64,000 bases of DNA, taken from positions 3,175 through 67,174 of the forward strand of contig JAGCYI010000230.1 of NCBI GenBank assembly GCA_017960885.1, in the 5' to 3' direction. The DNA is from Bacteroidales bacterium. Its GTDB lineage: Bacteria > Bacteroidota > Bacteroidia > Bacteroidales > UBA3824. Position numbers and translations under genes: made by a program. Of the stretch, positions 10,257 to 19,547 are shown piece by piece. A model generated the notes under the pieces. The model was not told the DNA's origin. It did not search any database and saw only the letters and a program-made list of their open reading frames with translations. How positions within the stretch are numbered: the stretch's first letter is position 1; every line of letters starts with the position of its first letter.

Positions 10257-11090
10257 CTACTTTTGAATTTTAATAAAAATGTTTTCGCTTTTTGATACAG
10301 GGATAAAAACATTCCTGAAATCGCAGTTGGCGAGGTTTTCGCGTATGCCAATAATGAAGAAACCGCCGTTGCAGATGGTTTTAGCGATGGTGTCTACCAC
10401 AGCTTTTTTTGTTTGGGCGTTCATATAGAGCATACGGTCGCGAAATAGAACGAGGTTGAATCCGTTGTCGGGCGGAGGACTGCTTTCGATTCCGCTTTTG
10501 AGAAATATCACGTTGTTGAGCAATTCAGGAGAAAAATAGTCGTATTTGTCTTCTTTTGTGAGATAGTGGCTCAGTTCGGCCTCCGGGTCTATTTTTTTGA
10601 AATTTGCAGCGCTTATTTCTATCTTTTTCTGGTCGATGAAACCGCTTTTAGCGTCGTTGAGGGTCTTCTGTATGGGCGACGTGGCGTAAACGGTGCATCT
10701 GTTGAGTATTCTTTTGCGGTGAAGGATTGTGAGCAGCGAGTATAATTCATCGTCGCCACACACTTGCGGCACCCAAATTTTGCACAGGGTTTCGGTTTTG
10801 AGCTTTTCTATTATGTTGTCTTCTAGGAACTTCCACATAGAATAGTCTCTGAACATTTCTGTGGTTGGCACAAAAAGCTCCGACACAAACAGGTCGGCAA
10901 AATAGTTGTCGGCCATGAGCTTGTTGATAAGACGATCAGACGTTTGCACACCGTGCATATACATAGACCTTGTGATACGGTGCATAAGAATCTCAGGCGC
11001 ATAATAGGTGAAGTCTATATTGCGCAGTGTACGCACATTGGAGATTATTTTTCTAAAATCTTCGTATGGTATAGTCTGAAATTCGTCCAT
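10257..11090 (-). CDS. CheR-family protein, degenerate
   Basis: TTEMFRD and CheR layout, but the SAM motif reads IWVPQVCGDDE and the CRNV motif reads FRDRM. Confidence 0.8.
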   Translation of the reverse strand: MDEFQTIPYEDFRKIISNVRTLRNIDFTYYAPEILMHRITRSMYMHGVQTSDRLINKLMADNYFADLFVSELFVPTTEMFRDYSMWKFLEDNIIEKLKTETLCKIWVPQVCGDDELYSLLTILHRKRILNRCTVYATSPIQKTLNDAKSGFIDQKKIEISAANFKKIDPEAELSHYLTKEDKYDYFSPELLNNVIFLKSGIESSPPPDNGFNLVLFRDRMLYMNAQTKKAVVDTIAKTICNGGFFIIGIRENLANCDFRNVFIPVSKSENIFIKIQK

Positions 11091-11091
11091 A

Positions 11092-11934
11092 TTAAAATAC
11101 TTTTTTGTTGTAAATCAGTCCTCTTTTTTCGTATTTTGCACTCGTAGGACCAATAATGCTTTCGTGTATACCTAATACAAGCGATCCGTATGTGTCGAGA
11201 TATTTCCAAAAATCCAAGAACAGCTTGTTTTGGAGAGTGTTGTTGAAGTATATCAGCACGTTGCGGCACAATATGATGTCGTAAGATACGTCGAATGGAT
11301 TCGGGTCGTTTACAAGGTCGTGTTTCTGGAATGTGGCAATGTCCAAAAACTCTTCTTTTACCTTGAAAATGTCCTTTAATTTGTTGAATTCAAAATACTT
11401 TTCGTGTGTTACAACCAAATGCTCGTCGAAGTTGTACGGGTTTTCGCACAATACTTTGTTGAAGTTTTCAAGGTATTCAGAAATTGAGCGGTAGCTGTAA
11501 ACGCCTTTTTTCGCGGTTTTGAGCACGTCGGTGTTGAGGTCGGTAGCGTAAATGTGGCAGCGGTGTAGCATGCCCATCTCGTTGAGAAGTATTATCATAG
11601 AGTAAACTTCGAGACCTGTGCTGCATCCAGCGTGCCAGATGTTGATTTCCCGTTTGCTGGCAAGACGTGGCAGTATGCGGTATTTAATGGCGTGCCATAC
11701 CTGCGGGTCGCGGAATAGCTCTGTGGTGTTAACTGTGATTTCTTTTACTACCTGCTCTAAAAAATTACGGTCTGCTTTTATTTTGCTGATAAGTTGTGGA
11801 ATATCTAATTTGTAGTCCATCATTATTTTCTCAACACGCCGAGTAAACGACTTTTCTGAATAGTTAGAAAAGTCATATCTTCCATAGTCGCGTAGAGCTT
11901 TTATAAAATTCAATATATCAGCGGATTCAAACAT
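11092..11934 (-). CDS. cheR: Protein-glutamate O-methyltransferase CheR
   Basis: ITVNTTELFRD, IWHAGCSTGLEVYS, YATDL, DIILCRNVLIYF, LGIHES. Confidence 0.93.
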   Translation of the reverse strand: MFESADILNFIKALRDYGRYDFSNYSEKSFTRRVEKIMMDYKLDIPQLISKIKADRNFLEQVVKEITVNTTELFRDPQVWHAIKYRILPRLASKREINIWHAGCSTGLEVYSMIILLNEMGMLHRCHIYATDLNTDVLKTAKKGVYSYRSISEYLENFNKVLCENPYNFDEHLVVTHEKYFEFNKLKDIFKVKEEFLDIATFQKHDLVNDPNPFDVSYDIILCRNVLIYFNNTLQNKLFLDFWKYLDTYGSLVLGIHESIIGPTSAKYEKRGLIYNKKVF

Positions 11935-12048
11935 TGTCTTTTTTTAGGTGCCAATCTGGCGTTTGCAAATAAATTTTAGTTCAAATATAAGACATTTTTT
12001 GCAAAATGGTATGTTTTTTTTACCGCGATATGCTTTTTTTTAGATTTT

Positions 12049-13083
12049 TTAATAAAGATCGCGGTTGTATCCGAGCATTGGCGGTACCATTTCTGTCTTG
12101 TTTCCGCTTACGCCAACAGCTTTGAGTGCCGGAAGGTCTTGAAGGAGCTCAGGAAACTGTGCAAAAAGATTGTTGCAGAGGTTGAAGTCGAACAGGTTTG
12201 TAAGTTTTGAAACGTCGTTTGGCAGGCGTGTGAGCTTGTTGTTGCTGAGGTCGAGAAATTCGAGTGTGGTAACTTTTGTGAGGTCGAGCGGGAACGAAGA
12301 TATGCTGTTGTTGTTGAGTATAAGTCGCTGCAGTTGACTCAATTGCGATATCTTTGCAGGGATTGCTATTATTCCATTGCCCGACAGCGAAAGCCTTGTG
12401 AGTGTGGTGATATTGCATATTTGCGACATGTCGCGCACTTTGTTGTTGTCTAAGTAGAGCACTTTGAGCGATTTGAAGTTGGCTACGGCAGCTGGTACCG
12501 ATGTGATGGAGTTGCCCGCAAGCAAGAGTGTTTCGAGACTCTTGATCTCGGTGAGCGCCGCCTGCATAGATGTGAGTTTGTTGAACGACAGGTCGAGCTC
12601 TTTGAGCGATTTCATGTTAGAAATGGAGGCGGGTATTGTTGCTATTAAATTGTTAGACAGAGTAACCGACTCTACTGTGGCGCAATTGGTGAGTGGCCCT
12701 ATGTCGGCAATGCGGTTGTTGGCAAGCGACAGGCGTTTCAACTTTCTCAGGTTGGTTATCTCTACCGGAATTTGCGAGATTGAATTCTGGTCGGCGAAAA
12801 TCTGGCGGAGGTCAGGCAGTTGGAAAAGTCCTGAGGGAAGATTGGTAATGGAGTTGCCTTGTATGTATAAGATTTTTAGCCTTTTGAATTGTGTCACTTC
12901 TGCCGGAACCGCTGTAAGGTTTTTATTGCTGAGGTCTAACACTTCAACGTTGTCGGGATAACCTAACGCTTCTTCTAACGAAGTGTAAACCAATTGCTTG
13001 GAAAGCCAGATTTCTCCGTAGTCTTGTGCGTTGAGCGCTATGGCTGATAGAAATAATGCGAGAGTTATTATTATTTTTTTCAT
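12049..13083 (-). CDS. Secreted leucine-rich repeat protein
   Basis: Signal peptide followed by about 12 LxxLxLxxNxI 22-23-aa repeats. Confidence 0.92.
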   Translation of the reverse strand: MKKIIITLALFLSAIALNAQDYGEIWLSKQLVYTSLEEALGYPDNVEVLDLSNKNLTAVPAEVTQFKRLKILYIQGNSITNLPSGLFQLPDLRQIFADQNSISQIPVEITNLRKLKRLSLANNRIADIGPLTNCATVESVTLSNNLIATIPASISNMKSLKELDLSFNKLTSMQAALTEIKSLETLLLAGNSITSVPAAVANFKSLKVLYLDNNKVRDMSQICNITTLTRLSLSGNGIIAIPAKISQLSQLQRLILNNNSISSFPLDLTKVTTLEFLDLSNNKLTRLPNDVSKLTNLFDFNLCNNLFAQFPELLQDLPALKAVGVSGNKTEMVPPMLGYNRDLY

Positions 13084-13166
13084 TTTATATAATTATTATC
13101 AAGATTAAACATATTATTTACAAAACAAATATAATGCCTATTTGCCTAACTGCCAAATTGAGAACG

Positions 13167-14012
13167 TTAAAATTCGTTTCGGTATTGTAAAACGCTGCAG
13201 TCTAATAATTTGTTTAGCAGTTTGTTGGTTTTTGTGGCGCGTTTCCTTTTGGCGCAGTCTGCCGCGTTTTTTATCCCTCCTATATAATAACGTTGAATCC
13301 ATGGTAAAACGCATAACACGGCTGTCCAATTGCCATAATTATTTGCTAAATATATTCCGAGGGTTACAAACGAACCTATAAGCATCTCTGAGGCTATGCC
13401 GTCGATGGGGCTGTTGCTTATATACTGTCCTGTTCCAGGAACAATTGCGCTTGATATTCCGGCGATTGCGGGCGATGGTTTGCCCAGCCTGCGTGTCTTG
13501 CGCATGAGCTTTTCTAATTCGTGCTGTTTTTCCGTACTCACAACTTTTGATAAATACTCTTGACATTGGCTGTATTGTGCAAGATGGTAGCAGCATATTG
13601 CTAAGCGGAGGTTTTGTCCGGCAGATAATTCTTCAAACTTGTCGGTATCTATCTGCATCAATGCGCCTATTGCGTTAAAGTATTTTTTAGATGAAATATA
13701 GATATCGGCTTTTGCCATAAGCACTTCGTTCTGTTGTAAATTGGAATTTACTTTTTGGTAAGCTTGATTGATAAGTGCTTCGGCTTTGCCATTGTTTCCA
13801 GTGTAGGCAAACAACCGAGCCGCGGTGATATATTTTTGCGGATTATTACTTATAGTATCGAATAAAATAGCACGTTGTATCTCTTTTAACGCCAATAAAG
13901 TATCGCCGTTGACAAAAGCTTTAACGGCGCTGTTGTACACCGAATCGCAATTCTGGCTATAAAGGGCACAGTTAGAAAAGATTATTATACATATAATCAA
14001 TAATTTGTCCAT
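13167..14012 (-). CDS. TPR-like protein with C-terminal TM2-like membrane motif
   Basis: Signal peptide, helical repeats, KPSPAIAGISSAIVPGTGQY, YYIGGI. Confidence 0.75.
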   Translation of the reverse strand: MDKLLIICIIIFSNCALYSQNCDSVYNSAVKAFVNGDTLLALKEIQRAILFDTISNNPQKYITAARLFAYTGNNGKAEALINQAYQKVNSNLQQNEVLMAKADIYISSKKYFNAIGALMQIDTDKFEELSAGQNLRLAICCYHLAQYSQCQEYLSKVVSTEKQHELEKLMRKTRRLGKPSPAIAGISSAIVPGTGQYISNSPIDGIASEMLIGSFVTLGIYLANNYGNWTAVLCVLPWIQRYYIGGIKNAADCAKRKRATKTNKLLNKLLDCSVLQYRNEF

Positions 14013-14772
14013 CTCTGATATTCCTTTGTGCTTTGTTGAACTTATTTACTGATTTAGCAGTTCCGAAAATGTTGCCAATGTAGAAACACGCCGATACAGA
14101 CCCGAAAAATATCGGATATGGGTCGCGAAAGCCATATTTTCTGAATCCGTATATCAAGTGCAGGTAGTCGAAACATGTTCTCAGCATAGCAATGATGCCT
14201 TCGCGCACGTATCCGCAGTAAATTCTGCCGCTGCCTGGCACTATTGCCGACATTGTGATTGCAGGAAACATTCTTTTTTGTTTTATGTTGCTTGTACACA
14301 ATGATTTAATTTCTGGTAGAATAAACTCTGTTTCCTTTGGAGTGGGATAGTCGCATATTGTAGAAAGTCCATATTTTATGTTGTGAATCTTGGTGGTGAA
14401 CGGGGCTTTTACCGAATCGCAATAAACAAAAGCTGTATCGTATTGGCGGTTTTTTATCAGGAGTTTCACATAGCTGAAATAGTATTGGGAGTTGCTTCCT
14501 GCATGAGGAAGAACATATTTTTCAAAATGGTTGAGAGCATTTTTGAAGTCATAGGCAATTTCATAACATTCAATTGCTTTAATTGAGTAATCTAAACTAT
14601 TGCTATAACTGTTTTTGGCAAGACGTCCGTACTCTTCGGCTGCGAAATGATACTGCTGTGTGTTGTAAAGGTATTGCGCAAACACTTTGGTGTGCGCTGT
14701 GTCGTAAAGGTTCTGCCCTTTTGAAATGTTAGCTGCCAGAACTGTTAATATGAATACAAAAGCATATCTCAT
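13972..14772 (-). CDS. TPR-like protein with C-terminal TM2-like membrane motif (paralog)
   Basis: Start adjusted to ATG 14772 (ATGA overlap with upstream gene); AITMSAIVPGSGRIYCG, FYIGNIFG. Confidence 0.75.
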   Translation of the reverse strand: MRYAFVFILTVLAANISKGQNLYDTAHTKVFAQYLYNTQQYHFAAEEYGRLAKNSYSNSLDYSIKAIECYEIAYDFKNALNHFEKYVLPHAGSNSQYYFSYVKLLIKNRQYDTAFVYCDSVKAPFTTKIHNIKYGLSTICDYPTPKETEFILPEIKSLCTSNIKQKRMFPAITMSAIVPGSGRIYCGYVREGIIAMLRTCFDYLHLIYGFRKYGFRDPYPIFFGSVSACFYIGNIFGTAKSVNKFNKAQRNIRDGQIIDYMYNNLF

Positions 14773-15695
14773 TTTTTCCGTTTCAAAGGATAGTCGATAA
14801 GGCGGTTGCGATTTTCGTCGAAAATGTATCCGTTTTTGTCGATGCCGTTGCATCTTAACAAACGGTCGAATGTGTCGGCAAAACCGTAAAAAAATCCGTT
14901 TTGGCTGAATGTTATTTTGCTATATTGCGAACACGACGGATAAAAACTGCATTGCTGTATGTCTTGAGGCGATATTATTCTCTTGTAAAATGCGAATAGT
15001 CCGTTGTAAAATGTTTTTCCTTCTTCTTCGCATAGAGAATCGCGTTGAAATGCCTCTGTGGGGTAGATTTTTGACGAGTCAGGCTCAAATTTGTCGAACT
15101 CTATGTGGCTGTAAATATTCTTGACGTAGAGCTCTTTTTCGCCGTATGTTACGGATATTGTGCGAGTTGGAAAATCTACGCCTCCGATGGTTTCGTAGTC
15201 GTAATAAAAAGTCTTACCAATTACTGAGTCGTTTTTATCGAACATTATTTCGGCATCCAAGCGGTTGCCAGTTTGCGATGTCATTATTTTGCAAACTATG
15301 GTTTGGTTGTGTTTGAGCAGGGTGTCGGCGATTTGCGGTGGTAGCTTATACGTTGTGATAGCCGATGTGCCTCTTTTTGCCACCGCCACCGGCTCAAAAT
15401 TGTAATCTGTTGCCGATGTGGCTGCAAATCCAGCGTTGACAGCCTGGTAGAGAATCGACTGCTTGATTTGTGGTTGTCTTACTACAGTAGTTATTGTGGT
15501 TGGTAAAACATATTCTTGCACAAGTATTTGGCATCCTTGATGGTAGCTTAAATGCCCTTTTGAAAGAATGTTGATGGTTTTGCCGTCGGTAATTTCTTCT
15601 AAAAAGTCGGCTTCTACCGAAAAATGTAGCTGAGCTTCTGCGTTGATGCAGAGGCAAATAGATAGACACGCCGCTACTATTTTACCGAGAGCCAT
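14769..15695 (-). CDS. Secreted protein: LolA/sorting-like N-domain fused to C-terminal YidD-like domain
   Basis: C-terminal FYKRIISPQD..CSFYPSCSQY..G..DRLLRCNG; N-terminal signal peptide; YYDYETIGGVDFPTR. Confidence 0.72.
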   Translation of the reverse strand: MALGKIVAACLSICLCINAEAQLHFSVEADFLEEITDGKTINILSKGHLSYHQGCQILVQEYVLPTTITTVVRQPQIKQSILYQAVNAGFAATSATDYNFEPVAVAKRGTSAITTYKLPPQIADTLLKHNQTIVCKIMTSQTGNRLDAEIMFDKNDSVIGKTFYYDYETIGGVDFPTRTISVTYGEKELYVKNIYSHIEFDKFEPDSSKIYPTEAFQRDSLCEEEGKTFYNGLFAFYKRIISPQDIQQCSFYPSCSQYSKITFSQNGFFYGFADTFDRLLRCNGIDKNGYIFDENRNRLIDYPLKRKK

Positions 15696-16036
15696 TTTAT
15701 CAACCCTCCCACAGCGGCGCCCGTTAAACAGCCGAATATAGCGAGCTTAACCTCTCTACGGTCTCCGTGCTTGCAAGCGTATACGATAGCCACAGCAATG
15801 GGACCAGCTCCCGCGCCGTACAATGTGTAAGTGCCAATTGCCGACACAATAGAAGTGAACAGGAATGTGGGCATTCTTCCCGGCATTGCAGAATCGGTAT
15901 AGCTTATAGCAATGCTGTCGGCTGTGGCAAATTTTTCGGCAATGCCAGCGTCTGAAAACAAATCGGGGTCTTCTCCGTCGGCGTAACTTGCTGTAAAACT
16001 GAATATCAACAATATAAGCGATAGTAGCTTCTTCAT
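15677..16036 (-). CDS. Small signal-peptide protein with Gly/Ala-rich hydrophobic C-terminal segments
   Basis: Start adjusted to ATG 16036: MKKLLSLILLIFSFTASYA, acidic linker, then GAGAGPIAVAIVY..GCLTGAAVGG. Confidence 0.75.
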   Translation of the reverse strand: MKKLLSLILLIFSFTASYADGEDPDLFSDAGIAEKFATADSIAISYTDSAMPGRMPTFLFTSIVSAIGTYTLYGAGAGPIAVAIVYACKHGDRREVKLAIFGCLTGAAVGGLIKWLSVK

Positions 16037-16040
16037 TGTT

Positions 16041-16535
16041 TTATTTGTGTGATTTGCGTTCGAGATTTGCGTTGATATATTGGTTGAGCTGTTTTTCAAG
16101 CACTTCAACCTCGCTAGGAGAGAGCGACGAGATGTTGAAGTCGGGATAAGTGTAATTTTCCAGCTCGTGTTGCTTGTTGAGGCCGCGGATTGTGATCGAC
16201 AATGTGCGACGTAGACCAAACAGCTGCTTTTTGATTATGTATTTGTGCAGCAATTGTTTCTTGATGCTGAATGCCACATGTTTGCGCAATATGGGGAATG
16301 CATTGTAGGTGCGTATCTCTATTGGGTCTTTGTCGTCGCAAAAACTGAAAAACGAGGGACGCAGAACCAGCAGCATAAAAAGAAACACTACGCCAAATAT
16401 GATTCCTGACACTAACAGCGATATAGGATGCGGTCGGTCAACATAATAGTAGATAAATGATCCTATACTGAGAAGGAATGTTGCTATATAAGCCAATCGG
16501 TATTTCGATGTCGATAAAAGGTTATCTGTGTACAT
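16041..16535 (-). CDS. Hypothetical membrane protein
   Basis: Two N-terminal TMs and a basic soluble tail. Confidence 0.65.
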   Translation of the reverse strand: MYTDNLLSTSKYRLAYIATFLLSIGSFIYYYVDRPHPISLLVSGIIFGVVFLFMLLVLRPSFFSFCDDKDPIEIRTYNAFPILRKHVAFSIKKQLLHKYIIKKQLFGLRRTLSITIRGLNKQHELENYTYPDFNISSLSPSEVEVLEKQLNQYINANLERKSHK

Positions 16536-16563
16536 ATTGTATAATGTTATCTATATTAAAAAA

Positions 16564-17619
16564 TTAAATATTCATTTGGTTGTAGAACGAGAAAGCCTGG
16601 CAGATGTCCTCTTCGGAGCAGTTGACGTCGTATTTATAGTTTCCAAAACCGCTTACGAGCGAGAACGATATTTTGCCGCCTGAGTTTTTCTTGTCGTGTT
16701 GCATTAGTTCAATAAGTGTTTTATAAGCCTCCATTCCGAACCGGAACGATGGGAAATATGTTCCAATCATTTTTGACACTTCGATGAGGTTTTGAATTGG
16801 AAATCCCATGTAGTGGTTGCTCAAAAATAGTTCGCATACTATGCCTGCAGCCACAGCCTCGCCATGTAGTAGGGGAGAAGGAGTTGAAAATGAGTAACTT
16901 TCGATTGCGTGACCTATGGTATGGCCAAAATTGAGCATTTTTCTAAGTCCTTTTTCGGTGGGATCGGCAGATGTGAATTCGTTTTTTATCTTTATAGATG
17001 TTTCCACAAGTTGCGAAAGTAGTTGATAGTCTGGTTGTTTTGGGTCGAAAGGTAAAAGACTCTCAAAATAACCACGATCTACAAGAAGTGCATGTTTGAT
17101 CATTTCGGCAAATCCTGAAATAATCTGCCTTTGGGGCAATGATTTTAAGAATGCAGAATCTACAATTACTTTGTGCGGATTGTTGAAAACTCCGATTTCG
17201 TTTTTAAAGTTTTGAAAGTCAACGGCTAATTTGCCACCACACGAAGCGTCAACCTGGGCAAGCAGGGTAGTGGGCACGTTAACGAACTTTATTCCACGTT
17301 TGAAAAGCGATGCAGCCAGTCCGCCCATGTCGCCGATAACACCGCCGCCGATATTTACAAAAAGGCTTTTGCGGTCGGCACCTCCGTTGCTAAGGTTTGA
17401 CCATATAACGCTCAGAGTGTCAATATTTTTGTATTGCTCGCCACTATGAATTTCTATTACCGACGCACCGCTTTGGCTGATGCAGGGTAGGAGAGGGAGG
17501 CAGTATTTGGCGGTGTTTTCGTCTACCAGCACAAAAACTTTTGACGGCACTCCTTTAATAATTTCCGACAAAACAGCGTCGGCATTTTGCGTACATACTA
17601 CATTTTCAGGCAGATTCAT
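16564..17619 (-). CDS. aroB: 3-dehydroquinate synthase
   Basis: GEQYK, GGGVIGDMGG, VPTTLLAQVDA, LNFGHTIGHAIES, LLHGEAVA. Confidence 0.96.
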   Translation of the reverse strand: MNLPENVVCTQNADAVLSEIIKGVPSKVFVLVDENTAKYCLPLLPCISQSGASVIEIHSGEQYKNIDTLSVIWSNLSNGGADRKSLFVNIGGGVIGDMGGLAASLFKRGIKFVNVPTTLLAQVDASCGGKLAVDFQNFKNEIGVFNNPHKVIVDSAFLKSLPQRQIISGFAEMIKHALLVDRGYFESLLPFDPKQPDYQLLSQLVETSIKIKNEFTSADPTEKGLRKMLNFGHTIGHAIESYSFSTPSPLLHGEAVAAGIVCELFLSNHYMGFPIQNLIEVSKMIGTYFPSFRFGMEAYKTLIELMQHDKKNSGGKISFSLVSGFGNYKYDVNCSEEDICQAFSFYNQMNI

Positions 17620-17702
17620 GCTTATTTCGTGTGTTTGTTTTCGGTTTCAAAGATATAAAATTTGTTAAACATTATACATTACTAAATGTAATTATGCTTT
17701 TT

Positions 17703-17745
17703 TTTGAAATTTTATAACCGTGAATGAAAAAAATTGTTACTTTTG
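17703..17745 (+). promoter_or_regulatory. Bacteroidota primary-sigma promoter for metK
   Basis: TACTTTTG (-7 TAnnTTTG) at 17738-17745 with an upstream TTTG. Confidence 0.6.
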
Positions 17746-17767
17746 CGGCAACAATATTGGGTATATA

Positions 17768-17818
17768 TCGCGGACGGATTTGGTTTGATTGCAACCGCTA
17801 AAAAAAATGCTAAAGCAA
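17768..17818 (+). ncRNA. Candidate SAM-II riboswitch
   Basis: GCGG..GATTT..TTGCAA-CCGC..AAATGCTAAA resembles the SAM-II consensus; lies in the metK 5' UTR. Confidence 0.7.
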
Positions 17819-17878
17819 CACTGCCTCCCTTTATTACTACCTCAAACTTATTTTAATAATCATAATTATTAACACATT

Positions 17879-19159
17879 ATGTCATATTTTTTCACATCCG
17901 AATCAGTTTCGGAAGGACATCCCGACAAAGTGGCAGACCAGATTTCTGACGCACTTTTGGATGAATTTTTAAAACAAGACTCCGAGAGCAAGGTGGCTTG
18001 TGAAACTTTTGTTACCACAGGTCTTGCAGTTTTGGGAGGCGAAGTTAAAACAGAGGCGTATGTCGACGTGCAGCAGACAGCCCGCGACGTTATCAACCGC
18101 ATCGGTTACACCAAGGGAGAGTATATGTTCGACGGCAACAGCTGCGGCGTTATCTCCGCTATTCATGGTCAGAGCCAGGACATTAACCGTGGCGTTGAGC
18201 GCGAAGACCTCGACAATCAGGGCGCCGGCGACCAGGGTATGATGTTCGGATATGCTGTAAAAGAGTCGCAGAACCTTATGCCTTACAGCATCGAGCTCGC
18301 TCACAAACTTCTTATCGAACTTGCTGCCATCCGCCGCGAGGGCAAGCAGATGACCTATCTCCGTCCCGACAGCAAGAGCCAGGTGACAATAGAATACGGC
18401 GACAACAATGTTGCAAAACGTATCGATACCATTGTGATTTCTACTCAGCACGATGAGTTTATCAAAGCCGACACTCCTAAAAAGCAGCTCAAGGCCGACA
18501 AGGACATGGTTGCAAAAATTACCGAAGATGTCCGCGACATTCTTATTCCACGCCTGCTGAAAAAACTCAGCGCAAAGGAGAAGGCTCTTTTCAAGGGCGA
18601 CTACAAACTGCTGGTTAACCCCACTGGAAAATTTGTAATCGGTGGTCCTCACGGCGATACTGGTCTTACAGGCCGCAAGATAATTGTAGACACTTACGGT
18701 GGCAAGGGCGCACACGGCGGCGGAGCATTTTCTGGCAAAGACCCCTCTAAGGTAGACCGCAGCGCAGCATACGCTACCCGTCATATAGCCAAAAACTTAG
18801 TGGCTGCCGGTATTGCCGACGAATGCCTCGTGCAGGTGGCTTACGCTATCGGTGTGGCTCAGCCAGTTGGCTTGTATGTTAACACTTACGGCACAAGCAA
18901 GGTAAAAATCAGCGACGGCGAAATTGCAGAGAAACTTCTCAAGGTTTTCGACCTCCGTCCCGCTGCTATTATCCGCCGATTGAAACTTAAAAACCCGATT
19001 TTCTTGGATACAGCCGCTTACGGACATTTCGGTCGCGAGCCTTACTCCAAAAAAGTGGAAGTTTTTGAAAACGGTAAAAAGGTGAAAAAAGAGGTAGAGT
19101 TCTTCACGTGGGAAAAACTTGACTATGTAGACACTCTCAAAAAAGAATTCGGAATTTAA
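17879..19159 (+). CDS. metK: Methionine adenosyltransferase
   Basis: [35 protein letters not shown]. Confidence 0.98.
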   Translation: MSYFFTSESVSEGHPDKVADQISDALLDEFLKQDSESKVACETFVTTGLAVLGGEVKTEAYVDVQQTARDVINRIGYTKGEYMFDGNSCGVISAIHGQSQDINRGVEREDLDNQGAGDQGMMFGYAVKESQNLMPYSIELAHKLLIELAAIRREGKQMTYLRPDSKSQVTIEYGDNNVAKRIDTIVISTQHDEFIKADTPKKQLKADKDMVAKITEDVRDILIPRLLKKLSAKEKALFKGDYKLLVNPTGKFVIGGPHGDTGLTGRKIIVDTYGGKGAHGGGAFSGKDPSKVDRSAAYATRHIAKNLVAAGIADECLVQVAYAIGVAQPVGLYVNTYGTSKVKISDGEIAEKLLKVFDLRPAAIIRRLKLKNPIFLDTAAYGHFGREPYSKKVEVFENGKKVKKEVEFFTWEKLDYVDTLKKEFGI

Positions 19160-19308
19160 CCTTTTTTTTAAACTTATTATACAATATTTGGCAAGGAATA
19201 TGGTTATTAATAATGCAACCATATTCCTTTTATGTTGGTCAGAAACATAAAGGTTATTAATTACGTATAGTTGTTTAGTTATAACAACCATGGTTTATTG
19301 ATTGAGAT

Positions 19309-19533
19309 ATGAATAAACAAAAAAAAATATTATTCTTCGTTTCCTTTGCATTGTGTATGCTATTTAGTGGGGAATTGTTGGCAGGAGTCGGTAATGGAGG
19401 CAAGCCTCAGTATCCTGTTCCTCTCGATGGTGGTGTTTCTGCTCTTATAGCTGCTGGCGTGGCTTATGGAGTGAAAAAGTATCGCGACTATCGTTTAAGC
19501 AAGAGGGAAGAAGATAGCAAAACTTCTGAATAG
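19309..19533 (+). CDS. Tiny PID-CTERM-like sorting-signal protein
   Basis: Signal peptide + GVGNGGKPQYP + VPLDGG-VSALIAAGVAYGV-KKYR (motif, TM, basic cluster). Confidence 0.82.
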   Translation: MNKQKKILFFVSFALCMLFSGELLAGVGNGGKPQYPVPLDGGVSALIAAGVAYGVKKYRDYRLSKREEDSKTSE

Positions 19534-19547
19534 ACTATTAACTTTTT

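Noticed and set aside
17969-18784. 271-aa minus-strand ORF
   Set aside because: Antisense shadow of metK
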